Shown: piece by piece, positions 8,548-17,467 of the stretch | Numbering within the stretch: the stretch's first letter is position 1 | Layout: each line of letters begins with the position of its first letter | From: Clostridiaceae bacterium | GTDB lineage: Bacteria; Bacillota; Clostridia; Monoglobales; Firm-18 | Length of the DNA: 29,248 bases | Assembly: GCA_012511915.1 (NCBI GenBank) | Contig: JAAZFB010000489.1 | Location: forward strand, 1 to 29,248 | Reading direction: 5' to 3' | Position numbers and translations under genes: made by a program | Notes under the pieces: generated by a model | Databases searched by the model: none | What the model saw: only the letters and a program-made list of their open reading frames with translations | Told to the model about the DNA's origin: nothing

Positions 8548-9456
8548 ATGAATTTTTTAAATAGATTAAAAAACGGTTTAGGCAAAACAAGACAACAATT
8601 TTCTTCACGGACAGCGGATGTATTAAAACTGTTTTCTAAAATAGATGATGCACTCTTCGAGGAACTTGAAGAAGTGCTCATAATGTCTGATATTGGCTTT
8701 GAAACATCCGGTGAAATAGTAGAGCGTTTGCGTCAAAAAGCGCGTGAAGAGAAAATTCGAGACCCGGAGACGCTGCAGAAAGCATTAGAGGCGATAGTGC
8801 TGGACATGATGGGCACTGACGATAAATACGAATTAAGAAATCCCACTGTTATGTTGATTACTGGGGTTAACGGGGTTGGGAAAACCACTAGCATCGGGAA
8901 ATTGGCACATTATTACAAAGAACAGGGAAAACAAGTAATTATTGCAGCAGCGGATACTTTTCGTGCAGCAGCTTCAGAACAGCTTGAGGTATGGGCAAAC
9001 CGTGCCGGCGTAAAACTTGTTATGCAGCAAGAAGGTAGTGACCCTGCTTCTGTTGTTTATGATGCAATTTCTGCCGCAAAAGCACGTGGGGCAGATCTGC
9101 TGATTTGCGATACTGCCGGCAGGCTTCATAACAAACAGAATTTAATGAACGAACTTGCTAAAATAAACAGAGTAATTGATAGGGAATTTCCGGATGCACA
9201 AAAAGAAGTTCTACTTGTGTTGGATGCCACTACAGGGCAAAATGCCCTTTCACAAGCAAAAAGCTTCACCGGTGTGGCAGATGTTAATGGAATAATACTT
9301 ACAAAACTTGACGGAACGGCAAAAGGCGGCATAGTAATCGCGATAAAGAAAGAACAAAATATTCCGGTGCGATTTATCGGCATTGGTGAGGGCATGGATG
9401 ACTTGCAACCATTTTCACCGTCCGATTTTGTTAACGCTTTGTTTGACAGGCAATAA
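8548..9456 (+). CDS. ftsY: SRP receptor FtsY (start moved from 8521 to ATG 8548)
   Basis: GVNGVGKTT, AAADTFRAAA, DTAGR and TKLDGTAKGG motifs. MNFLNRLKNGLGKTR is a typical N-terminus. Confidence 0.96.
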   Translation: MNFLNRLKNGLGKTRQQFSSRTADVLKLFSKIDDALFEELEEVLIMSDIGFETSGEIVERLRQKAREEKIRDPETLQKALEAIVLDMMGTDDKYELRNPTVMLITGVNGVGKTTSIGKLAHYYKEQGKQVIIAAADTFRAAASEQLEVWANRAGVKLVMQQEGSDPASVVYDAISAAKARGADLLICDTAGRLHNKQNLMNELAKINRVIDREFPDAQKEVLLVLDATTGQNALSQAKSFTGVADVNGIILTKLDGTAKGGIVIAIKKEQNIPVRFIGIGEGMDDLQPFSPSDFVNALFDRQ

Positions 9457-9476
9457 CGCAAAGGGAGGTGGGGTAA

Positions 9477-12179
9477 ATAAAAAAAATATCGATAAAAAGG
9501 CTTAATGCTATTGTCTTGATAGTCTTGATTGTGTTGGCAGTTGTATATCTCCTCGGCATATATACCGATTATATTGAACTTAGTGAAATCGGCGATAATT
9601 ATACCGAAGTTTTTTGGCGCGATTTTAACGTTAATATCTTTACATCCATCAGCATATTTCTTGTATTCTTTACTCTTATATTGTCTAACCTTTTAATTGT
9701 CAGAAACAACTTATTACCTTTCGATGCGTCCTTTTCATATTTAAAGCGCGTATCCCCGATAATAATAATAAGTGTTATACTTGGGGCTATTTTTACTGCT
9801 TTTTCAAGGCGGTTGATTGCACCTACTTTTTTACCCTTTTTGACAAGCGAATGGTTTAATTTGGGCGATCCATTATTCCATAAAGATGTTGGATATTATG
9901 TTTTCCAACGCCCGTTTTATATAGGGATAATAAATACTCTATTATCGTTTTTTGTATTTATAACGTTTTTAACCGCCGCATCTTACATATTTTTATATGG
10001 CCGATTCGATTTCTACAATATGAAAAGGCTGTTAAGGTCAAAAGCGATTGTATGCCATCAACTTATCAGCATAGTATTGTTGTTCATAGTTGTGGCTGCA
10101 TCATACCGATACAAAGCCGAAAATATTTTGTTCACACCGAACGAAGAATTTGTTGGTGGTAGTTATATGGATGTAAATGTATGGATAAAATATTATCGGC
10201 TACTGCCAATATTGCTCGCGGTTATTGCAGTTTTAGTGATTGTGTTTGCTCTGAATTCAAAATACACTCAGGCAATTTCGCTAACGCTGTTATATCCGCT
10301 ATCTATGTTGATTGTAGTGTTGGTGGTTCAAATAATGCAGGTTTTAGTGGTAGACCCGAATGAAATTTCCATTGAATCATCATATATACAAAACAATATC
10401 AATTTTACTCGTGCTGCATACGGGCTTGACAAAGTAGCCTATTATGATTTTGATGTCCGGTATAATTTAACCGGCAAAGATATTATGGAAAATTTGGGCA
10501 CAATTAATAATATTCGGTTAATAGATGACAACCAATTAATAAGCACTGCAAACCAAATACAGTCGTTGCGGAATCAATATCAGTTTTCTAATTCCGACGT
10601 AGTACCGTATGATATAGATGGTCAACCCACGGTGGTTGCGTTAGCTGCAAGGGAAGTAATAACGGATAGGTTAGAGGGCGCGGCAAATAATTATGTTAAT
10701 ACAAAAATGAAACACACCCACGCCAACGGTGTTGTTATGAGCCCTTTAAACAGCGTTACAGAACAAGGTCAACCATATTTTGTTATACGGGATATTCCGC
10801 CCCGCTCACAAGAGGGTGCGCCCGTAATTACCGAGTCAAGAATTTATTTTGGCGAGCATATTAAGGACTATGTAATAGTCGGTACAAAAGATAAAGAGCA
10901 AGACGATGTTTTATCATCAGGATATTCATATAAAGGTGATGCCGGCATACCACTTACTTTTTTGAACAGATTGCTTTTTACAGTAAAATATAGCGATATT
11001 AAGCTACTAGCTTCAGATCAAATTACCAGCGAAAGCAAGCTGCTTACCAATAGAAGTGTACTCTCACGAGTTCAAAAGGCGGCACCGTTTTTAACCTTTG
11101 ACAGTGATGCTTATATTCTGATAGACGATGCCGGAAAACTAAAGTGGGTGATTGACGGTTATACTACTTCACCCTGGTTTCCTTATTCCCAGTATAACGG
11201 AGATATTAACTACATTAGAAATTCGGTTAAAGCAGTAATTGATGCTTATAATGGCAGTGTAGATTTTTATATTGTCGATAAACAAGACCCTATTATTCGC
11301 AGTTACAATAGAATTTACCCCACACTTTTTAACCCTGCACCTTTCCCCGAGGATTTAGCAAAACATTTACGCTACCCCGGTACAATATTTAGAATGCAAT
11401 CAGATTTGTTAAAAAGATACCACGTAGACAATGTTGCCGTCTTTTACGAAAAACGTGATGCGTGGGCAACACCACAAGAAAAACAAAGCCCAGATAAAGA
11501 CATTAATGTAGAACCCTATTACGGTATGATAAAAATGCCTGACAGTAAAAAAGAAGAATTCGTACTTATGCAGCCATATACTTCTGCGAACAAATCCAAT
11601 ATGAAGTCATTGTTAGCGGCAAGCTGTGAGGGTGAAGGGTTTGGCAAGCTTATAATATATAACTTTTTGAATAATGATAATATTAGCGGTCCCTATCAAA
11701 TAGACAATAAAATTAGCAGTGATGAGGCAATTACCAAAGAAATAGCCCAAATAAAACAAGCCGATTTATCGGTAACGCAAGGTAAGATAATAATTGTGCC
11801 TATTAATAACAGCATTTTATATATCAAGCCTATCTATGTTACACAAACCAAAAATAGCGATAAGACACCGGAACTTAAAAAAGTCATTGTAGCCTATAAC
11901 GATAAATTGGCTTCAGAGCCAACCTTGGACGAAGCATTAAACACATTATTTGGGGTTAACCGTCCGGCGGTTGTTATATCAAACGAAGAGTCGATAGAAG
12001 ATATAGTGAATAATGTTGTCGATAGTTTTGAGGAGATGACTGGTTTTTCCAAACAGGGAGATTGGGAGAACTATGGCAAGGCTCTTAAAAAGCTTGAGGG
12101 CTTTATTCAGGTGTTAAAAGAAAAAAATGAGAAAAATGCTGAAATAAATGAGCTCCCCCCCTTGACAAAAGAACAGTGA
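9477..12179 (+). CDS. UPF0182 (COG1615) multi-pass membrane protein; start uncertain (ATA 9477 or TTG 9516)
   Basis: N-terminal TM bundle with DPLFHKDVGYYVFQRPF, YIQNNINFTRAAYGL, HTHANGVV, IYFGE, YIRNSVKAVIDAYNGSV and LLYIKPIY-like motifs. Perfect SD GGAGGTG at 9464-9470. Confidence 0.85.
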   Translation: MKKISIKRLNAIVLIVLIVLAVVYLLGIYTDYIELSEIGDNYTEVFWRDFNVNIFTSISIFLVFFTLILSNLLIVRNNLLPFDASFSYLKRVSPIIIISVILGAIFTAFSRRLIAPTFLPFLTSEWFNLGDPLFHKDVGYYVFQRPFYIGIINTLLSFFVFITFLTAASYIFLYGRFDFYNMKRLLRSKAIVCHQLISIVLLFIVVAASYRYKAENILFTPNEEFVGGSYMDVNVWIKYYRLLPILLAVIAVLVIVFALNSKYTQAISLTLLYPLSMLIVVLVVQIMQVLVVDPNEISIESSYIQNNINFTRAAYGLDKVAYYDFDVRYNLTGKDIMENLGTINNIRLIDDNQLISTANQIQSLRNQYQFSNSDVVPYDIDGQPTVVALAAREVITDRLEGAANNYVNTKMKHTHANGVVMSPLNSVTEQGQPYFVIRDIPPRSQEGAPVITESRIYFGEHIKDYVIVGTKDKEQDDVLSSGYSYKGDAGIPLTFLNRLLFTVKYSDIKLLASDQITSESKLLTNRSVLSRVQKAAPFLTFDSDAYILIDDAGKLKWVIDGYTTSPWFPYSQYNGDINYIRNSVKAVIDAYNGSVDFYIVDKQDPIIRSYNRIYPTLFNPAPFPEDLAKHLRYPGTIFRMQSDLLKRYHVDNVAVFYEKRDAWATPQEKQSPDKDINVEPYYGMIKMPDSKKEEFVLMQPYTSANKSNMKSLLAASCEGEGFGKLIIYNFLNNDNISGPYQIDNKISSDEAITKEIAQIKQADLSVTQGKIIIVPINNSILYIKPIYVTQTKNSDKTPELKKVIVAYNDKLASEPTLDEALNTLFGVNRPAVVISNEESIEDIVNNVVDSFEEMTGFSKQGDWENYGKALKKLEGFIQVLKEKNEKNAEINELPPLTKEQ

Positions 12180-12190
12180 TATATTATAAT
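12162..12190 (+). promoter_or_regulatory. Consensus sigma-A promoter for the ylxM-ffh operon
   Basis: TTGACA (12162-12167), 17 bp spacer, TATAAT (12185-12190). Confidence 0.9.
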
Positions 12191-12191
12191 G

Positions 12192-12212
12192 TGTAAGGTG
12201 ATTTACTTTACA
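12192..12212. promoter_or_regulatory. Operator-like palindrome at the transcription start
   Basis: TGTAAGGT-GATTT-ACTTTACA, 7/8 arms, immediately after the -10 box. Confidence 0.55.
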
Positions 12213-12268
12213 TTCGTTTTGCGCTGATATTAATGCATCAGTAAAATAAATGGTAGGGGGTATGAGTT

Positions 12269-12628
12269 GTGGCTAAAGATTTAAATATGACATTACTATT
12301 TGATTTTTATCATAATATGCTTACCGATAAGCAGGCTGACGTAATTGATTTATATTATAATCATGATTTATCACTTGCGGAAATTAGTGAACATTTACTT
12401 ATAACCCGCCAGGGTGTTCGCGATGCTATTAAGCGTGCTGAAATGATAATGAAAGATGCCGAGGATAATTTGGGTATTGCCAAGCGTTACATAACTATAA
12501 GGAACGCTGCAGAAAAAATTCAAAAAGAGATAGACGAAATTGAATTATCAGAACAAGTATCTTCATTGCCATGGCTTTCTTCAAGATTAAAGAGAATCCG
12601 AAATCACTTGAATGATATAAAAGAATAG
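12269..12628 (+). CDS. ylxM: YlxM/p13 family HTH protein
   Basis: LLFDFYHNMLTDKQ...DLSLAEISE...TRQGVRDAIKRA, GTG start, upstream of ffh. Confidence 0.93.
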   Translation: MAKDLNMTLLFDFYHNMLTDKQADVIDLYYNHDLSLAEISEHLLITRQGVRDAIKRAEMIMKDAEDNLGIAKRYITIRNAAEKIQKEIDEIELSEQVSSLPWLSSRLKRIRNHLNDIKE

Positions 12629-12661
12629 TTGTAATTTAAGCAGAAAGGGTATTAATATAAC

Positions 12662-13996
12662 ATGGCTTTTGAAAGTCTATCAGAAAAGCTACAAAATGCT
12701 TTTAAAAAGCTACGCGGCAAAGGTAAGGTCTCTCAAGCTGATATAAAAGAGGGGATGCGCGAGATTAAATTAGCCCTTTTAGAGGCGGATGTAAACTTTA
12801 AAGTTGTTAAAGAGTTCATCGAAAAGACATCCCAACGTGCAGTAGGCGCTGAAGTTATTGACTCACTGACACCGGGGCAACAGATAATTAAAATAGTCAA
12901 TGAAGAGCTTACCGAGCTGATGGGCACCGAAGCTACAACTATAAAAATATCCCCAAAGCCGCCTACCGTTATAATGATGGCTGGTCTTCAAGGCGCAGGA
13001 AAAACAACAACAGCAGCCAAATTAGGCGGATATTTGAAAAAACAGGGCAAACGACCTCTACTTGTTGCGTGTGATGTATATCGACCTGCAGCACAGCTTC
13101 AACTGCAAGTTGTCGGCGACAAATTGGGAATTCCCGTTTTCAAGAGGCAAGACAGCAATGATGCTGTTGCAATCAGCACTGAAGCAGTATCTCATGCGCA
13201 AAAAAATGGCAATGACATTGTAATAATAGATACCGCAGGCAGGTTGCATATTGATGAAGTGCTTATGGGGGAGCTTCAGAATATTAAACGCCGGGCAAAT
13301 GTCTCCCAAACACTGCTGGTTGTCGATTCCATGACAGGCCAAGATGCGGTAACTGTTGCAAAAAGCTTTAATGAACAACTCGGAATTGACGGTGTTATTT
13401 TAACTAAGTTAGACGGCGATACCCGTGGTGGGGCAGCCATTTCGGTGCGTTATGTTACGGGCAAACCTATCATGTTTGTCGGAACCGGCGAAAAACTTGA
13501 TGATATAGAATCTTTTTATCCCCAACGTATGGCAAGCCGTATACTTGGTATGGGTGATATGCTCTCATTAATAGAGAAGGCCGAACAGGCATTTGATATA
13601 AAAAAGGCTGAACAGCTTGAACAAAAGCTGAAAAAACAGCAGTTTGATTTAAACGATTTTTTAGATCAATTAGAGCAAGTGAACAAAATGGGGCCAATGG
13701 AAAATATTATTGGTATGATACCGGGGATAAACGCTAATGCCTTAAAAGGGGCGCAGATAGACGAACGAAAAATGCTGAGGGTTGGGGCGATTATAAAAAG
13801 CATGACCCAAAAAGAGCGCAGTAATCCGTCAATCATTAATTCAAGCCGAAAACGGCGAATATCATTAGGAAGTGGCACAAAAGTACAAGATGTGAATTTG
13901 CTCTTAAAGCAATTTGAGCAAATGAAAACTGTATTTAAACAGTTTGGAAATGCTAAGAAAAGCGGCAGGGGGAAAATGCGTTTTCCTTTTGCATAA
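12662..13996 (+). CDS. ffh: Signal recognition particle protein Ffh
   Basis: MAFESLSEKLQ, GLQGAGKTT, DTAGR, TKLDGDTRGGAA, RMASRILGMGD and a Met-rich M domain. Confidence 0.98.
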   Translation: MAFESLSEKLQNAFKKLRGKGKVSQADIKEGMREIKLALLEADVNFKVVKEFIEKTSQRAVGAEVIDSLTPGQQIIKIVNEELTELMGTEATTIKISPKPPTVIMMAGLQGAGKTTTAAKLGGYLKKQGKRPLLVACDVYRPAAQLQLQVVGDKLGIPVFKRQDSNDAVAISTEAVSHAQKNGNDIVIIDTAGRLHIDEVLMGELQNIKRRANVSQTLLVVDSMTGQDAVTVAKSFNEQLGIDGVILTKLDGDTRGGAAISVRYVTGKPIMFVGTGEKLDDIESFYPQRMASRILGMGDMLSLIEKAEQAFDIKKAEQLEQKLKKQQFDLNDFLDQLEQVNKMGPMENIIGMIPGINANALKGAQIDERKMLRVGAIIKSMTQKERSNPSIINSSRKRRISLGSGTKVQDVNLLLKQFEQMKTVFKQFGNAKKSGRGKMRFPFA

Positions 13997-14041
13997 ATGC
14001 TAATAAATAAGTGGAGACTTTAAATTGGAGGTGGAATGTAA

Positions 14042-14284
14042 ATGGCTGTTAAAATTAGGCTCAGGAGAATAGGCGCAAAAAAGGCACCATTTTATCGAGT
14101 GGTAGTTGCAGATTCAAGGTATCCCAGGGAGGGACGGTTTATCGAGGAGATTGGTACTTACAACCCGTTAGTCGAACCTGCCCAGATAAATATCGATGCG
14201 GAAAAAGCAAGTAAATGGATTAAAAACGGGGCACAACCTACTGATATCGTCAGAAAACTGCTAAAAAAAAGCGAGATTTATTGA
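14042..14284 (+). CDS. rpsP: 30S ribosomal protein S16
   Basis: [26 protein letters not shown]...[12 protein letters not shown]. Confidence 0.98.
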   Translation: MAVKIRLRRIGAKKAPFYRVVVADSRYPREGRFIEEIGTYNPLVEPAQINIDAEKASKWIKNGAQPTDIVRKLLKKSEIY

Positions 14285-14301
14285 AAGGTTGATTAAACAC
14301 A

Positions 14302-14529
14302 ATGAAAGAATTATTGGACTACATTGCAAAATCACTTGTCAGCAATCCCGATGAGGTAATTGTTTCACAAGTTGAAAGCGATTCTTCGATTATGCTTAAT
14401 TTGCATGTTGCACAAAGCGATATGGGAAAGGTAATCGGTAAACAGGGTAAAATTGCAAGGGCAATCCGTTCCGTTATCCGTGCTGCATCGTCTCAGGAAA
14501 AGAGAAGAGTTATTGTAGATATTGATTAG
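14302..14529 (+). CDS. khpA: KH-domain RNA-binding protein KhpA/YlqC
   Basis: DMGKVIGKQGKIARAIR KH motif; 75 aa; follows rpsP. Confidence 0.93.
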   Translation: MKELLDYIAKSLVSNPDEVIVSQVESDSSIMLNLHVAQSDMGKVIGKQGKIARAIRSVIRAASSQEKRRVIVDID

Positions 14530-14530
14530 A

Positions 14531-14567
14531 ATAAAAGGGAGGGTGCTTTTCGCGCCTTCCCTTTTAT
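14531..14567 (+). terminator. Intrinsic terminator (potentially bidirectional)
   Basis: ATAAAAGGGAGGGTGC-TTTTC-GCGCCTTCCCTTTTAT, a 16-bp stem with G-U pairs. Confidence 0.85.
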
Positions 14568-14584
14568 GCATTGCAAAGTATTAT

Positions 14585-14664
14585 ATACTATTCGATTAGA
14601 GATTAAATGCAATATAGTATTGAAAGCTCTCATACTATTCCTCATTTTATAAGTTCGATAGTAT
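14585..14664. repeat. Two consecutive ATACTAT...ATAGTAT mini palindromes
   Basis: ATACTAT 14585 / ATAGTAT 14614-14620 and ATACTAT 14632 / ATAGTAT 14658-14664. Confidence 0.45.
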
Positions 14665-14687
14665 TAGTAACCGGAGGAAGATGTATT

Positions 14688-15170
14688 TTGCCACTTGAGA
14701 TAGGGAAAATAGTAAACACTCATGGTCTAAAAGGTGAAGTGAAAATTATGCCTTGGTGTAACAGCGCTTCAACCTTTTTGCTTTTGGACACCTTTATAAC
14801 AAAGGAAAAATCACTAAAGGTTGAAAAAGCGAGACTTCATAAAAACACTGTAATAATCAAGTTTTTTGGTGTCGATTCCATTGACGATGCAAATAAATTA
14901 CGCGGTGAAATACTTTATGTCAATAGGGAACAACTTGGGGAGCTTTCACAGGGCACATATTATATTGCAGACCTTATCGGTGCGAAAGTTTTCGAACAAG
15001 ATGAGTTTATCGGTTTGTTTGAGGATTGTTTTAATACAGGCAGTAACGATGTTTACCTTATTCGAAAAGAAGACGGTTCAGAACTTTTAATTCCGGCGCT
15101 TTCAAGTGTAATAAAAAGTATAGACGTTGATAACCGTAGAATTGATATCTATCCTTATAGCACAAATTGA
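14688..15170 (+). CDS. rimM: Ribosome maturation factor RimM (start moved to TTG 14688)
   Basis: IGKIVNTHGLKGEVK, YYIADLIG, TGSNDVY and LIPAL motifs. SD GGAGGA at 14673-14678. Confidence 0.93.
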   Translation: MPLEIGKIVNTHGLKGEVKIMPWCNSASTFLLLDTFITKEKSLKVEKARLHKNTVIIKFFGVDSIDDANKLRGEILYVNREQLGELSQGTYYIADLIGAKVFEQDEFIGLFEDCFNTGSNDVYLIRKEDGSELLIPALSSVIKSIDVDNRRIDIYPYSTN

Positions 15171-15219
15171 CAAAGTATGTAATTCGTGCCGACCCGAAAT
15201 CGATGGGGGGTCATTATAA

Positions 15220-15921
15220 ATGAAAATTGATATTCTTACGCTTTTCCCGGAAATGGTTGAACATGCTTTGTGCCAGAGCATTATCGGTAGGGCACAGAAA
15301 AAAGGGATTTTGGAGTTTGGTTTTATTAATATTCGCGATTATTCACAAGATAAGCATAGAAGAGTGGATGATTATCCTTATGGGGGCGGCAATGGTATGA
15401 TCATGCAACCCGGGCCGATATACAGAGCGTATAAAAGCGTTTTAGATACTGCGGCAGTTAAGCCATTCGTAATATATATGTCGCCACAGGGTAAAGTACT
15501 AAATCAAAGCTTGGCAAATCAATTATCAAAAAATGAGCATATAGTAATATTGTGCGGACACTATGAGGGTATCGACGAAAGGCTAATTGAAGAAATTGTG
15601 GATTTGGAAGTTTCTATCGGCGATTATGTGTTAACGGGCGGTGAAATACCGGCGCTGGTACTTTGCGATACTGTTTGCAGGCTTGTGCCTGGTGTACTTT
15701 CTTGCGAAGAAAGTTTTGCTGACGAATCCCATTACAGCGGTTTGTTGGAATATCCGCAATATACACGTCCATTAGTATTCAGAGGCAGGGAGGTGCCTGA
15801 TGTACTGCTTTCAGGGCACCACGCCAATATAGAAAAGTGGCGGCTTGAGCAATCTATAGAACGCACAAGGAAAAGGCGCCCCGATATGTTGGAAAAAGGG
15901 AGGGAAGCTGCTGATGAATAG
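15220..15921 (+). CDS. trmD: tRNA (guanine37-N1)-methyltransferase
   Basis: DDYPYGGGNGM, LCGHYEGIDER, SIGDYVLTGGE and LLEYPQYTRP motifs. Confidence 0.98.
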   Translation: MKIDILTLFPEMVEHALCQSIIGRAQKKGILEFGFINIRDYSQDKHRRVDDYPYGGGNGMIMQPGPIYRAYKSVLDTAAVKPFVIYMSPQGKVLNQSLANQLSKNEHIVILCGHYEGIDERLIEEIVDLEVSIGDYVLTGGEIPALVLCDTVCRLVPGVLSCEESFADESHYSGLLEYPQYTRPLVFRGREVPDVLLSGHHANIEKWRLEQSIERTRKRRPDMLEKGREAADE

Positions 15922-16516
15922 AATCGGGTTAATAGGAGGCACCTTTGACCCAATACACTACGGGCATCTATTTATAGCGGAAAATGCCAAACACTTGTTT
16001 GAACTGGATAAGGTTTTATTTATCCCAACCGGCTTGTCCCCACACAAATCTAAAAAAGATGTTACCGATAAACGGCATCGTTTTAACATGACACAGCTTG
16101 CAATAGTAGAAAATGACGGTTTTGAGATATCAGATATCGAATACGAAAACCCGGAAATATCATATACCATCGATACTGTAGGTGCACTGAAAGCACAATA
16201 TCCTAACACTGATTTATATTATATTACCGGCACCGACTGGCTCTATGGAATAACAAGTTGGAAGAACTTCCGGGCTCTTGCTGGTATGATTGAATTTATT
16301 TCATTCAACAGAAAAACTAAAGATGATAGGAATATTGGAAAAGTATCAAAACAAATAGCAGATGACTATGGTGCTAAAATTCATATTTTAAAGGCGCCTA
16401 TAATAGAAGTGTCATCTACCGAAATACGCCGAAGGATAAAACAAAACCTTCCGATTAGGTATATGTTGCCCGACAATGTTGAACAGTATATTAACAGCAA
16501 TAAATTATATAAATAA
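15914..16516 (+). CDS. nadD: Nicotinate-nucleotide adenylyltransferase
   Basis: GGTFDPIHYGH, SYTIDT and VSSTEIR motifs. Confidence 0.95.
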   Translation: MNRIGLIGGTFDPIHYGHLFIAENAKHLFELDKVLFIPTGLSPHKSKKDVTDKRHRFNMTQLAIVENDGFEISDIEYENPEISYTIDTVGALKAQYPNTDLYYITGTDWLYGITSWKNFRALAGMIEFISFNRKTKDDRNIGKVSKQIADDYGAKIHILKAPIIEVSSTEIRRRIKQNLPIRYMLPDNVEQYINSNKLYK

Positions 16517-16531
16517 GGGATGTATAATTTT

Positions 16532-17098
16532 ATGGACTTTGAGCAGATAAAAGATGACCTTGAGAAAAAGCTATCCAAAAGCCGCTTTGAGCACAGTTTA
16601 GCGGTTAGTAATACCGCAGTAACGCTTGCACGTTATTACGGAGCGGATGAACAGAAAGCGGCGCTTGCCGGGCTTGTCCATGATTGCGTGAAAGAAATTG
16701 ACCGCGATAAATTGTTAAAAATGTGCACTGATTTTCAGTTGAAAATGGACAAAGTCTTGTTGGAAGAAACTAAACTGATTCACGCCCGTGTCGGCGCGTT
16801 CTATGCCAAACATTACTATGGTATTGATGACGAAGAGGTTTTTGACGCAATTTATTATCACACCACAGCAAAGGCAAATATGTCGTTGCTTACAAAAATA
16901 ATTTATGTTGCCGATTATATTGAGCCAAACAGAACTTTTGAATGCGTTGATCAAATACGAACCATTGCATTTGAAAATATAGACCTTGCGATACTTGACG
17001 GGCTCAATTATACTATAAAAAAAACAGTCGCAAAAAAAAGAATGTTACATCCGGAGACGGTTAATGCAAGAAACTATTTAATATATAAAATGAGATAG
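16532..17098 (+). CDS. yqeK: HD-domain Ap4A hydrolase YqeK (start ATG 16532 preferred over 16520)
   Basis: RFEHS, AGLVHDCVKE, HARVGA, HTT and IYVADYIEPNR motifs; follows nadD. Confidence 0.9.
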   Translation: MDFEQIKDDLEKKLSKSRFEHSLAVSNTAVTLARYYGADEQKAALAGLVHDCVKEIDRDKLLKMCTDFQLKMDKVLLEETKLIHARVGAFYAKHYYGIDDEEVFDAIYYHTTAKANMSLLTKIIYVADYIEPNRTFECVDQIRTIAFENIDLAILDGLNYTIKKTVAKKRMLHPETVNARNYLIYKMR

Positions 17099-17108
17099 GA
17101 GAGAATGT

Positions 17109-17465
17109 ATGTCATTTGAAACTGCAAAAAAAATAGTGAAAATATTGGACGATAAAAAAGCGCAGGATATTACTGTTATTGATATACAAAAGGTGAGCCA
17201 ACTTGCAGATTATTTTGTTATTTGCAGCGGAACATCCTCAACCCATGTAAAGGCGCTTGCCGATGAGGTGGAATATAAAGTAGGCGACAGGGGAAGTGAT
17301 ATCGCATATCACAAAGAGGGTTATGGTGGCGCGACTTGGGTATTGCTTGATTATCGCGATGTAATTGTTCACATCTTCCATGGGGAAACACGCGATTTTT
17401 ATAACCTTGAACACTTATGGGTGGATGGTGATAAAATAGATACAAACTTATTACTGGGGGATTAA
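17109..17465 (+). CDS. rsfS: Ribosome silencing factor
   Basis: [17 protein letters not shown] and [14 protein letters not shown]...[10 protein letters not shown] motifs. Confidence 0.95.
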   Translation: MSFETAKKIVKILDDKKAQDITVIDIQKVSQLADYFVICSGTSSTHVKALADEVEYKVGDRGSDIAYHKEGYGGATWVLLDYRDVIVHIFHGETRDFYNLEHLWVDGDKIDTNLLLGD

Positions 17466-17467
17466 AG

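Noticed and set aside
14607-14687. N-terminal extension of RimM in the ORF track
   Set aside because: It is non-homologous sequence across mini palindromes. SD GGAGGA points to TTG 14688.
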